Source: Eledone cirrhosa
Taxonomy: Eukaryota
Reading direction: 5' to 3'
Length of the DNA stretch: 64,000 nt
Assembly: GCA_964016885.1 (NCBI GenBank)
Contig: OZ024741.1
Location: 271,374,001-271,438,000, forward strand
Within the stretch, counting starts at the first letter, position 1. Every line of letters starts with the position of its first letter. Under the pieces are notes generated by a model. That model was not told the DNA's origin, ran no database searches, and worked only from the letters and a program-made list of their open reading frames with translations. The position numbers and the translations under genes were made by a program. Positions 15,149 to 27,577 of this stretch are shown one piece after another.

Positions 15149-15150
<2 letters not shown>
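12981..15150 (+). mobile_element. Penelope-like retroelement (Naiad-like), 5'-truncated, RT plus GIY-YIG endonuclease, one frameshift
   Basis: RT motifs MGA..SAEVTDLIG, GLYRDDGL, VNYLDVTLNL, SNHP, IIWYNPPY. Frameshift near 13605. Linker CNCRNRVDCPLSGKC (CxCx5Cx5C), NIVYKC..AYIGLT..FKQR, CDLC..E. Stop at 14192, long 3' UTR, (TA)n on both sides. Confidence 0.9.
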
Positions 15151-15222
<72 letters not shown>

Positions 15223-15677
15223 ATAATAGAAATGACTTCTACAGGACTAGAACTGTTTCATTCGAAGGAAATCATCAGGAAAGCTTTCCTGGTGATTTTC
15301 TAATGATTTTCTTCCAATGAAACAGTTACACTCCTGTAGAAGCCGTTCAAAATTAAGACGTTCAAAATCAAAAACTTTGTTCAGATACAGATGTCATACA
15401 GTTGTCATTGTCATAAATGGGTGAAGTCATATTCATTATGATCAGACACATATGTCATAGGCATATCATATAGTTGGGTGTGTCATAAATGAGTGAAGTC
15501 ATATTTTTTATTTGATGTATCTTGAATATAACCGCTATCTTTGTTTTCGGTTTATTTCTTATATTTATTTAATTATTTCTTATCTCTTGCGACGATCAAG
15601 ATGGTCAACGAAGGGTGTGTTGATGGATCTTAAGGGATAAGGATAACTGCATACACATACTCATACATGTATGTATG

Positions 15678-15711
<34 letters not shown>

Positions 15712-15944
15712 TGTATGTATGTATGTATGTATGTATGTATGTATGTGTGTATGTATGTATGTGTGTATGTGTGTATGTATGTATGTATGTATGTATGTAT
15801 GTATGTATGTATGTATGTGTGTGTGTATGTATATATGTGTGTATGTATGTATGTATGTATGTGTGTATGTATGTATGTATGTATGTATGTATGTATGTAT
15901 GTATGTATGTATGTGTGTGTGTATGTATGTATGTGTGTATGTAT

Positions 15945-16660
15945 GTTCTTTTGGTTTCATAATTTCACAAATTTGTTCCCAATAGAGAGAGAGTCGGTTT
16001 CTAACATAGACACAAGACTCTCTCATTGGAATTTACCCAACATCAACTGGGTAGATATGTATGTATGCATGCATGTGTAGGTATGGATGTTATTGTATGC
16101 GTGGATGTGTATGTTTTGAGTTGTATGTGTGCATGTGTATATGCTTTGTATCTGTACATGTGTATATGCAGTTATTAGATGCAAAATTTTTGGAATGTTT
16201 TACATATTTTTACTGTTCCATTAATGGATAGTACGTGTAATTTCCTAACTAGTCGTGATCTTTCTGTTCCTGTGAAGCCCAGATTCTCAAGATTTGTATT
16301 GAGGCAGTTACTAACATACCCCAGTGCCCCAATAATCACAGGCATAAATCTGAAGGTGTAATCACGGTGGAGTATCTGCAGATTTCTCATCAGTTCTGCA
16401 TAAATATTCTCCTTTTCACTAATCTTTGATATTATATTGGCATCTGCTGGGCAGCTAATTTCCACTACTGTGCATGCCTTCTTCTCCCTGTCCCATATCA
16501 TAATATCTGGTGTTATGTCTGCATTTTATTGTGATTTTTACTGGAACATTCCACCAGTAAGTACTCTTTCATATTATGTACATGGATGTCTTCCACATTG
16601 CTGTAGCTTTTAATGTGTTTATTATCGGGGCTATCTTTTCTACGGATTGCATTTGTGTAA
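15945..16660 (-). mobile_element. RLE-type LINE 3' end (same family as 8492-9125)
   Basis: ORF 16175-16501 is nearly identical to 8726-9121; abuts (TATG)n at 15667-15944. Confidence 0.8.
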
Positions 16661-16773
16661 GTATGTATTTATGTATTTATGTATATTTTGGCTGGGCTAA
16701 AAAGCCACATTCGATCGCAGCACTGTTAATTGTTATCGTGTGTGTGTGTGTGTAGATACGTATGTGTGTGTGT

Positions 16774-16817
<44 letters not shown>

Positions 16818-17103
16818 GTCGTTATGTTTTTTTCGTGCAATTGCCATACTTGATAACGAGGGGGCAGCCATCATCATCTATCTATGTATGTATTTATGTA
16901 TGTATGTATACGTGTATATAGGTAGGTATGTATGCATGTGTATGTATATGTGTATGTCTATATACTCAACTCAAGTCTCTAATGTACGCTCTTCTTTTAA
17001 ACAGACTCACAGGAAGATTTTTCCACGATCAACCCTGAACCAACGTAGTCTAACAAAAAAAGCAGGTTTGGATGAGAGGAAGACGACTGCAGCAGGCTTC
17101 ACT

Positions 17104-17239
17104 ATGGATGTGTCGCATTCTAACAGCGTTGATGCCTCTTATAAAGTTCTGGTATTAGGGGAGACTTGTGTTGGAAAGACAGCCCTCATCAACTGTTTGG
17201 TAGGGCGAGAGTTTCGTACCAGCATGTTACCCACCATTG
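17104..17239 (+). CDS. Rab-family small GTPase (Rab8/13/15-like), first recognisable coding exon
   Basis: MDVSHSNSVDASYKVLVLGETCVGKTALINCLVGREFRTSMLPTI-G: P-loop GxxxxGKT and switch I PTIG; donor G|gtaagt at 17239/40. Start ATG uncertain because the frame is open upstream, with acceptors at 17004 and 17012. Confidence 0.85.
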
Positions 17240-17383
17240 GTAAGTTCTATTGACTAATCAAGTTTTCCCGTGGGGTGGAGGGCTGTTGTATGTTTGGGGA
17301 CATAGATATGATTCATAGGGGCTTCACCCAACCCGAGGGAGGCTGTTTTATGTTTGGGGACAGATATAACAGATTGGAGCTTT

Positions 17384-17833
17384 ACGGTCATATTTTACCG
17401 AGGCAACTGACTATCTGGATCGAGACCTTTGGCGCCATGCAGTTGTACAGAAGACCCGACTACCATTGCATACAAACCTACAGTCAGTAGGCACCTCTTA
17501 ACTCAATGTACCCCCCACCGCTCCACCCTACCCCACCGCCACACCCTACCCCACCCTCTCTCTCCCGTTCCGTCCACTGTGTCGATGACACACCAGTCCA
17601 CACTGTAAGGTGGCCGAGTAGGAGACACGGTGAAAAGGCTCCCAGTCCACACTGTAAATGTGGTTGGTGTTAGGAAGGGCATCCAGCTGTAAAAAAAAAC
17701 CTGCCAGAGACGCTTCGGTGCGAGCGAAACATGGTTTCCAGATCATTCCCGCATCAAATGGAACAAAACCGTCTAACCCATGCTAGCGTGGAAGATGGAC
17801 GTTAAACGATGATGATGATGATGATGATGATGA
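17384..17833 (+). mobile_element. Short retroposon with RTE-type 3' tail
   Basis: ggtgttaggaagggcatccagctgtaaaa...aacccatgctagcgtggaagatggacgttaaacgatgatgatg, shared with 32880-33052 and 21405-21530(-). Confidence 0.6.
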
Positions 17834-17834
17834 C

Positions 17835-18230
17835 TGCTCACAGTTTGATGAAGTCATCAGTAGTGGGACATGCAAATTCTGTCAGCGTGTACTCCTCTCA
17901 AAGGCTGATTATGTTAATCACCTGAAGTCACATGAAAAGATAACCACCCACAATACCACTCAACAAAGACCTGGCGAAACAACGTGCGTGACATGCAACA
18001 AAGTGTGTAGAACTAGTTCCGGACTAAAAAGACACATGGTGGTACATAAAGATTGGATCCCACAGGGTGACCGCACCGGTCCCGTGGAAAGCACAACTCT
18101 CTTCTGTCACCTGTGTTGTAAACCATGCAGATCTACAGCTGGCCTACAAAGTCATCTATGAAGTCATGGACTCAGATGGGATGACAATGAAGAATCAATA
18201 AGAGACGGCAATCGTCTGTGGAGACGATAT
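17835..18230 (+). pseudogene. Retroelement 3' fragment encoding three C2H2 zinc fingers
   Basis: From 17871: CKFCQRVLLSKADYVNHLKSH...CVTCNKVCRTSSGLKRHMVVH...CHLCCKPCRSTAGLQSHL*SH (TGA at 18159-18161), followed by an (ATGT)n tail. Confidence 0.7.
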
Positions 18231-18243
18231 ATGTATCTATGTA

Positions 18244-18829
18244 TGTAACATGTATCCCAGTATAACCTGTCTCATGGTCGGGTCGTTGACGACTAAACTG
18301 GCAACCCCACCAAGGTTTCTTGGTGAGGAGGGTGACTTTGGACATCCCGCAGGACTAAAAACAAAACCTGTCAAAGGGCAAAGGCGCTCTTAAGAGTCAA
18401 TGGCCATCCAAAATCACCGGGAGAGATGACCCCTTAGCCTTTGTCAAGGCAGAATTCTAGGAGAAGGAAAACTCTGATATAACACCAGCAACCCTGATGG
18501 TATCCAATGATGTTGACTTGTTCTTCTTTTTGGTAAATATCATCTTGGTTAAGAGAGTGGGACTGGCTTTGTGCAGTGCCTTTGCTCACTATAAAAACTT
18601 CACGGCACAGGCATTGCTTTATATCTGGAGATCTCTCTGCACTTGTCGTCACATGGTACCATGGGCCCAGCACTATGTGTCAATAATTGTCACAAGTGTA
18701 GTGTTTGTACCAGAGTTTTCAAGTAGCTGGCTGGACTAAAAAGTCACACTCGTTCAGCGCATTAGTAGGGGTTCTCCTACATGGATATAAGGTAGTGGCC
18801 GTACTCGAAAACGAGTTGGCAACCACCAT
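18244..18829 (+). mobile_element. RTE-derived retroposon copy
   Basis: Near-identical to 6665-7273; (TATG)n tail. Confidence 0.75.
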
Positions 18830-18889
18830 GTATGTATGTATGTATACATGTATGTATGTATGTATGTATGTATGTATGTATGTATGTAT

Positions 18890-19440
18890 GTTTATCTCTT
18901 TCTCTTAATTTCGAGTATATTTTTGACCGGCCACCTCCCTGGTGGCAAGGTTGTAAAAGAAAAGAAATTGTCATCCCTTGAATCGCAAGAATGTTTTGCA
19001 AATTTTGAAGGTGCCAGCTAACGCAGCCATTTGTAGACTATGAATTAGGGAGCTGCGCTCTTTGTCCGCAAATCCAAGTTCAGTTATACATTGGTCCAAG
19101 CGGGTTGGTATATAACCCGTAGCTCCAATAATGATGGGTATGAAGCTAAAGGTGTATCTTGGATACTGGATTTGTAAACTCTTCATCAATGGTCCGTAGA
19201 TGTCCTCCTTCTCCTGTATTTTTTCTGACAACGTTTACATCAAGTGGACAGCTGATCCCCACAACAGAACACGTTTTCAATGTGTGGTCCCAAACAACAA
19301 TATCAGGCCGGTTGTGCTTTAATTTGGTGGCAGTTTTTATTTTCAGGTTCCACCAGTATTCTTTAATGCCATCTGTCTCAATATATTCTTCCTCGTTTGT
19401 TTTTAATTTTGTTTTCCGAAGTGCGTTCCAGATGGTTCTA
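18890..19440 (-). mobile_element. RLE-type LINE 3' end, second family
   Basis: Minus strand reads HNRPDIVVWD..CSVVGISCPLD..KIQEKEDIYGPL..FIPIIIGATG. Confidence 0.75.
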
Positions 19441-20076
19441 GCTGTCGCATGGTCGGGTCGTCGGCGACTAAACTGGCAACCCCACCAAGTTTACTTGGTG
19501 AGGAGGGTGATTTTGGGTACCCTGCAGGACAAAAAACAAAACCTGACAAAGGGCGGAAGAACTCATAAGAGTCAACGGCCATCCAAAAATGTGTAAATAT
19601 GTATATACACATGTACATATGTATGTGTATGTATATGCGCGGGGACATAGAAATAGTCGGGCTGGATACCCGATCGCGCGGTTAAACCACTGGGAGTGAA
19701 GGACCCCTAGCCTTTGTCCGGGCATTCTTCTAGGGAATGTAACTCAGGAAACTGGGATAACTCCGACATAAAACCTGCGGTTCAGTAGTTACCGATGATG
19801 TTGATCTTTTCTTCTTTTCGGGTTATAGCTACTGTCGCTCAGAGAGTGGGATTGGCTCAGTGCACAGTCTTCACTTTAAAAAAATGTTTGCGCGCAGGCA
19901 TTGCAGGATGGAATTAATTAATAAATACTAATAATGGTATATCGTGCAATGGCCATACTCGATAACGAGGGGGCAGCCATCATGTATGTATGTTGTAAGG
20001 TTGTAAGGAATAAGAAACTTTCGTCATGCTTTCTTCACACACACACACCACTATATCGCTTGATCCTGTTTTGTAG

Positions 20077-20137
20077 GTGTCGACTTTGTTAAGAAGACCT
20101 TCAACGTTGACGGTGCCAGAATCCAGTTGGCTGTGTG
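20077..20137 (+). CDS. Rab GTPase exon 2 (61 bp)
   Basis: ttttgtag|GT GTC GAC TTT..GTG TG|gtaagt; (G)VDFVKKTFNVDGARIQLAV(W); phases match the flanking exons. Confidence 0.92.
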
Positions 20138-20211
20138 GTAAGTCTTTCGAGGTTCCACTGCACTTTCACATTTCGTAATTATCAAACACAATTCACACAC
20201 ACACACACACA

Positions 20212-20263
<52 letters not shown>

Positions 20264-21349
20264 ACATACATACACACATATACACACACAGATATACACA
20301 CACGCATACAGACATATACATATGCACACACACACACACACACATACATACGCGCGCATTCATTCACACACATACACACAAACGTATACATACACATACA
20401 TATATACACACATACACACACACACGCATACACACAAACACACATACACACAAACATGCACATATACATATATGCATATATACACACATACACACATACA
20501 CAAACACACATATACGCATGCGCACACACACATGCGCGTGCATACAAATACTTCCCTAAACGTGACAACATTTTTTAGATTAAATTAGTAAACCTAATTA
20601 CAATTATACGCTAATTAACATAATTAAAGATATATATATATCTCCATTGTAAAAATAGGCCCCTCCTCACCCCACCCTAGGTCTCTCCACTTTTTTAGAC
20701 TACGGAGCTCTCAGCATGTAGAGAGTTACATCGGATCGACCGGTTTCAGCATTCATTAAAACCTCGTCAAGCGTTCGCTTACTTTCACTCAAATGCTGTG
20801 AGAGAATGAAACAGTGATAATACTTGTGGAAACTGTGAACTAGATTAGAGCAGACCTGATCCTATCTACATACAAAACGTGAAGATAAAAGTCACTCTTC
20901 TTCTGGTGGAGTTGTAGAGGCACCGTTATGGCACACGGCGTCTTTTAGTCATTTTAGACCTGACACAATTTCTCAGATAAAGTTATTAAAAGTCCAAGAG
21001 ATCGGCTACAAAGTCCAAGACATGTTTGTTTATATTTAACAGCTGTTATTCAGCTATCTAATTTTAAATGTAAAGAGATATCACGATCCTTTCCTTGGTT
21101 TCATGGTTAAAAGCCGTCTTTAAGGGTAATTTTATAACCTATTTTATAGTTTCTCCGCGCATAAGCACACCACCTTTATAATAATTGTTTCTACTTTAGG
21201 CACAAGGCCAGCAATTACCCAGTGCATTACTGGTTCTTTATTTTATCGACCCCGTAAGGATGAAAGGCAAAGTCAACCTCGGCGGGATTTGAACTCGGAT
21301 AATAATGTTATCCCCTCAGCACTTCGTAAAAATCAGAGAGATCGGCTAC

Positions 21350-21408
<59 letters not shown>

Positions 21409-21658
21409 CATCATCATCATCATCATTATCATCGTCGTTTAACGTAAATCTTCCACGCTAGCATGGGTTCAACGGATTTGTTCCATTTGATGCGGGAATG
21501 GTCGGGAGACCGTGTCTCGCCCGTACGGAATATATATCTATATCTATATCTATCTATCTATCTATATATATATTAGAAAAGTGACAACGGAGGGGGGGGG
21601 GGATTACCAATAAATATTATTTAGAAAATGCGAGAGAAAACACAAGGACAATTCCCAT

Positions 21659-21726
<68 letters not shown>

Positions 21727-22518
21727 TGTATTTGCATGCATGGCGTGTGTTTTCGCGTACGCATGTGTATGTACGTATATGGATGCGTGTATGTATATAT
21801 ATAATTATTATTGATTTCAATAACCTCTGTCATTTTCGTTCTACTAATTTATTTACATTATTCCTAACTCTGAAGCCGAGAATCATTCGGTTTCCTAAAT
21901 AGAATATTAGTCTACGACTTCATTTATACCATAAACGTGGTGTTTTCTTTGCGTGTAATTGTTCTCTACGCTCCACATAACGACGTATTATCTTCGCTTT
22001 TTTCGTTCATTGCCAGGGAACGTCTTCACGAACCAAAGTATTGTCTTCCTGTTTTCCTTCGGTTGCAACGTTTTTCGAAATATTTACTTCTGCGTTCACA
22101 GATTGATTTTTTTAGTTTCAGAAGATCCCGTTATATGATAACCGGAAGTATTGACATTTGAAAATTTTAAAAGAAGTGAATGTTAAAATAATCATTATAT
22201 ATAAGAATATTTATGTTTAATCAACAGCTACGAAATTTAGTAGATAAATTATGTAATATTCATTCATTATTTATTCAAAGTAATAATTGTTTCTACTTCT
22301 GTCACAAGGCCAGCAATTATCCTAGTGTATAAAATAAAGTACCAGTAATACACTGGGATAATTGCTGGCCTTGTGCCAAAAGTAGAAACAATTATTTATT
22401 CAAAGTAATCCGACTTATTTTACTAACGGGATAAAAAAAATATATTGAGGGCATACTCCTCCCATTCTTATATTTTGATACTGATATCATAACTCCCATA
22501 ATTCCATTGTTGTTTCAG

Positions 22519-22579
22519 GGACACTGCTGGGCAAGAACGTTTCCGGTCAATAACAAAAATGCAATATCGTGGGGCACAG
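22519..22579 (+). CDS. Rab GTPase exon 3 (61 bp; G3 box, switch II)
   Basis: tgtttcag|G GAC ACT GCT GGG CAA GAA..GCA CAG|gtaagg; (W)DTAGQERFRSITKMQYRGAQ. Confidence 0.93.
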
Positions 22580-25500
22580 GTAAGGGTTGACATGTTTCTA
22601 CAATATGGTGGGACACAGGTAAGGGTTGACATGTCTCTACAATATGGTGGGACACAGGTAAGGGTTGACATGTTTCTACAATATGGTGGGACACAGGTAA
22701 GGGTTGACATGTTTCTACAATATGGTGACACAGGTAAGGGTTGACATGTCTCTACAATATGGTGGGACACAGGTAAGGGTTGACATGTTTCTACAATATG
22801 GTGGGACACAGGTAAGGGTTGATATGTTTCTACAATATGGTGGGACACAGGTAAGGGTTGACATGTTTCTACAATATGGTGGGACACAGGTAAGGGTTGA
22901 CATGTTTCTACAATATGGTGGGACACAGGTAAGGGTTGACATGTTTCTACAATATGGTGGGGCACAGGTAAGGGTTGACATGTTTCTACAATATGGTGGG
23001 ACACAGGTAAGGGTTGACATGTTTCTACAATATGGTGGGGCACAGGTAAGGGTTGACATGTTTCTACAATATGGTGGGACACAGGTAAGGGTTGACATGT
23101 TTCTACAATATGGTGGGGCACAGGTAAGGGTTGACATGTTTCTACAATATGGTGGGGTACAGGTATGGGTTGACATGTTTCTACAATATCGTGACACAGG
23201 TAAGGGTTGACATGTTTCTACAATATGGTGAGGCACAGGTAAGGGTTGACATGTTTCTACAATATGGTGGGACACAGGTAAGGGTTGACATGTCTCTACA
23301 ATATGGTGGGACACAGGTAAGGGTTGACATGTCTCTACAATATGGTGGGACACAGGTAAGGGTTGACATGTCTCTACAATATGGTGGGACACAGGTAAGG
23401 GTTGACATGTTTCTACAATATGGTGGGACACAGGTAAGGGTTGACATGTTTCTACAATATGGTGGGACACAGGTAAGGGTTGACATGTCTCTACAATATG
23501 GTGGGACACAGGTAAGGGTTGACATGTTTCTACAATATGGTGGGACACAGGTAAGGGTTGACATGTTTCTACAATATGGTGGGACACAGGTAAGGGTTGA
23601 CATGTCTCTACAATATGGTGGGACACAAGTAAGGGTTGACATGTCTCTACAATATGGTGGGACACAGGTATGGGTTGACATGTCTCTACAATATGGTGGG
23701 ACACAGGTAAGGGTTGACATGTCTCTACAATATGGTGGGACACAGGTAAGGGTTGACATGTCTCTACAATATGGTGGGACACAGGTAAGGGTTGACATGT
23801 CTCTACAATATGGTGGGACACAGGTAAGGGTTGACATGTTTCTACAATATGGTGGGACACAGGTAAGGGTTGACATGTTTCTACAATATGGTGGGACACA
23901 GGTAAGGGTTGACATGTCTCTACAATATGGTGGGACACAGGTAAGGGTTGACATGTTTCTACAATATGGTGGGACACAGGTAAGGGTTGACATGTTTCTA
24001 CAATATGGTGGGACACAGGTAAGGGTTGACATGTCTCTACAATATGGTGGGACACAGGTAAGGGTTGACATGTCTCTACAATATGGTGGGACACAGGTAT
24101 GGGTTGACATGTCTCTACAATATGGTGGGACACAGGTAAGGGTTGACATGTTTCTACAATATGGTGGGACACAGGTAAGGGTTGACATGTTTCTACAATA
24201 TGGTGGGACACAGGGAAGGGTTGACATGTTTCTACAATATGGTGGGGCACAGGTAAGGGTTGACATGTTTCTACAATATGGTGACACAGGTAAGGGTTGA
24301 CATGTCTCTACAATATGGTGGGACACAGGTAAGGGTTGACATGTTTCTACAATATGGTGGGACACAGGTAAGGGTTGATATGTTTCTACAATATGGTGGG
24401 ACACAGGTAAGGGTTGACATGTTTCTACAATATGGTGGGACACAGGTAAGGGTTGACATGTTTCTACAATATGGTGGGACACAGGTAAGGGTTGACATGT
24501 TTCTACAATATGGTGGGGCACAGGTAAGGGTTGACATGTTTCTACAATATGGTGGGACACAGGTAAGGGTTGACATGTTTCTACAATATGGTGGGGCACA
24601 GGTAAGGGTTGACATGTTTCTACAATATGGTGGGACACAGGTAAGGGTTGACATGTTTCTACAATATGGTGGGGCACAGGTAAGGGTTGACATGTTTCTA
24701 CAATATGGTGGGGTACAGGTATGGGTTGACATGTTTCTACAATATCGTGACACAGGTAAGGGTTGACATGTTTCTACAATATGGTGAGGCACAGGTAAGG
24801 GTTGACATGTTTCTACAATATGGTGGGACACAGGTAAGGGTTGACATGTCTCTACAATATGGTGGGACACAGGTAAGGGTTGACATGTCTCTACAATATG
24901 GTGGGACACAGGTAAGGGTTGACATGTCTCTACAATATGGTGGGACACAGGTAAGGGTTGACATGTTTCTACAATATGGTGGGACACAGGTAAGGGTTGA
25001 CATGTTTCTACAATATGGTGGGACACAGGTAAGGGTTGACATGTCTCTACAATATGGTGGGACACAGGTAAGGGTTGATATGTTTCTACAATATGGTGGG
25101 ACACAGGTAAGGGTTGACATGTTTCTACAATATGGTGGGACACAGGTAAGGGTTGACATGTCTCTACAATATGGTGGGACACAGGTAAGGGTTGACATTC
25201 TCTACAATATGGTGGGACACAGGTAAGGGTTGACATGTTTCTACAATATGGTGGGGCACAGGTAAGGGTTGACATGTTTCTACAATATGGTGGGACACAG
25301 GTAAGGGTTGACATGTTTCTACAATATGGTGGGACACAGGTAAGGGTTGACATGTTTCTACAATATGGTGGGACACAGGTAAGGGTTGATATGTTTCTAC
25401 AATATGGTGGGACACAGGTAAGGGTTGACATGTTTCTACAATATGGTGGGGCACAGGTAAGGGTTGACATGTTTCTACAATATGGTGACACAGGTAAGGG

Positions 25501-27577
25501 TTGACATGTTTCTACAATATGGTGGGACACAGGTAAGGGTTGACATGTTTCTACAATATGGTGGGACACAGGTAAGGGTTGACATGTTTCTACAATATGG
25601 TGGGGCACAGGTAAGGGTTGACATGTTTCTACAATATGGTGGGACACAGGTAAGGGTTGACATGTTTCTACAATATGGTGGGACACAGGTAAGGGTTGAC
25701 ATGTTTCTACAATATGGTGGGACACAGGTAAGGGTTGACATGTTTCTACAATATGGTGGGACACAGGTAAGGGTTGACATGTTTCTACAATATGGTGGGA
25801 CACAGGTAAGGGTTGACATGTTTCTACAATATGGTGGGACACAGGTAAGGGTTGACATGTCTCTACAATATGGTGGGACACGGGTAAGGGTTGACATGTT
25901 TCTACAATATGGTGGGGCACAGGTAAGGGTTGACATGTTTCTACAATATGGTGGGGCACAGGTAAAGGTTGACATGTTTCTACAATATGGTGGGGCACAG
26001 GTAAGGGTTGACATGTTTCTACAATATGGTGGGACACAGGTAAGGGTTGACATGTTTCTACAATATGGTGGGACACAGGTAAGGGTTGACATGTTTCTAC
26101 AATATGGTGGGGCACAGGTATGGGTTGACATGTTTCTACAATATCGTGACACAGGTAAGGGTTGACATGTTTCTACAATATGGTGGGGCACAGGTAAAGG
26201 TTGACATGTTTCTACAATATGGTGGGGCACAGGTAAGGGTTGACATGTTTCTACAATATGGTGGGACACAGGTAAGGGTTGACATGTTTCTACAATATGG
26301 TGGGACACAGGTAAGGGTTGACATGTTTCTACAATATGGTGGGGCACAGGTATGGGTTGACATGTTTCTACAATATCGTGACACAGGTAAGGGTTGACAT
26401 GTTTCTACAATATGGTGGGGCACAGGTAAGGGTTGACATGTTTCTACAATATGGTGGGACACAGGTAAGGGTTGACATGTTTCTACAATATGGTGGGACA
26501 CAGGTAAGGGTTGACATGTCTCTACAATATGGTGGGACACAGGTAAGGGTTGACATGTTTCTACAATATGGTGGGCACAGGTAAAGGTTGACATGTTTCT
26601 ACAATATGGTGGGGCACAGGTAAGGGTTGACATGTTTCTACAATATGGTGGGACACAGGTAAGGGTTGACATGTTTCTACAATATGGTGGGACACAGGTA
26701 AGGGTTGACATGTTTCTACAATATGGTGGGGCACAGGTAAGGGTTGACATGTTTCTACAATATCGTGACACAGGTAAGGGTTGACATGTTTCTACAATAT
26801 GGTGGGGCACAGGTAAGGGTTGACATGTTTCTACAATATGGTGGGACACAGTTAAGGGTTGACATGTTTCTACAATATGGTGGGGCACAGGTAAGGGTTG
26901 ACATGTTTCTACAATATGGTGGGACACAGGTAGCGGTTGACATGTTTCTACAATATGGTGGGACACAGGTAAGGGTTGACATGTTTCTACAATATGGTGG
27001 GGCACAGGTAAGGGTTGACATGGTTCTACAATATGGTGGGACACAGGTAAGGGTTGACATGTTTCTACAATATGGTGGGACACAGGTAAGGGTTGACATG
27101 TTTCTACAATATGGTGGGGCACAGGTAAGGGTTGACATGTTTCTACAATATGGTGGGACACAGGTAAGGGTTGACATGTTTCTACAATATGGTGGGGCAC
27201 AGGTATGGGTTGACATGTTTCTACAATATCGTGACACAGGTAAGGGTTGACATGTTTCTACAATATGGTGGGGCACAGGTAAGGGTTGACATGTTTCTAC
27301 AATATGGTGGGACACAGTTAAGGGTTGACATGTTTCTACAATATGGTGGGACACAGGTAAGGGTTGACATGTTTCTACAATATGGTGGGACACAGGTAAG
27401 GGTTGACATGTTTCTACAATATGGTGGGACACAGGTAAGGGTTGACATGTTTCTACAATATGGTGGGACACAGGTAAGGGTTGACATGTCTCTACAATAT
27501 GGTGGGACACAGGTAAGGGTTGACATGTCTCTACAATATGGTGGGACACAGGTAAGGGTTGACATGTTTCTACAATA
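22562..27577 (+). repeat. 39-bp tandem array (~129 units) built from the exon-3/intron-3 junction
   Basis: Unit caatatggtgggacacag|gtaagggttgacatgtttcta; the first unit overlaps the last 18 nt of exon 3. Occasional 37- and 38-bp units. Confidence 0.97.

Noticed and set aside
16762-17253. Signal-peptide-like poly-Leu N-terminus on the GTPase ORF
   Set aside because: The poly-Leu is a (TAT)n microsatellite upstream of the likely splice acceptor; the real reading frame leaves at the 17239 donor.
22562-27577. CRISPR array, or long repeat-protein ORFs (up to 614 aa)
   Set aside because: Units are contiguous with no unique spacers, there are no cas genes and the context is eukaryotic. ORFs are open in several frames on both strands simply because the unit is a multiple of 3 with few stops.
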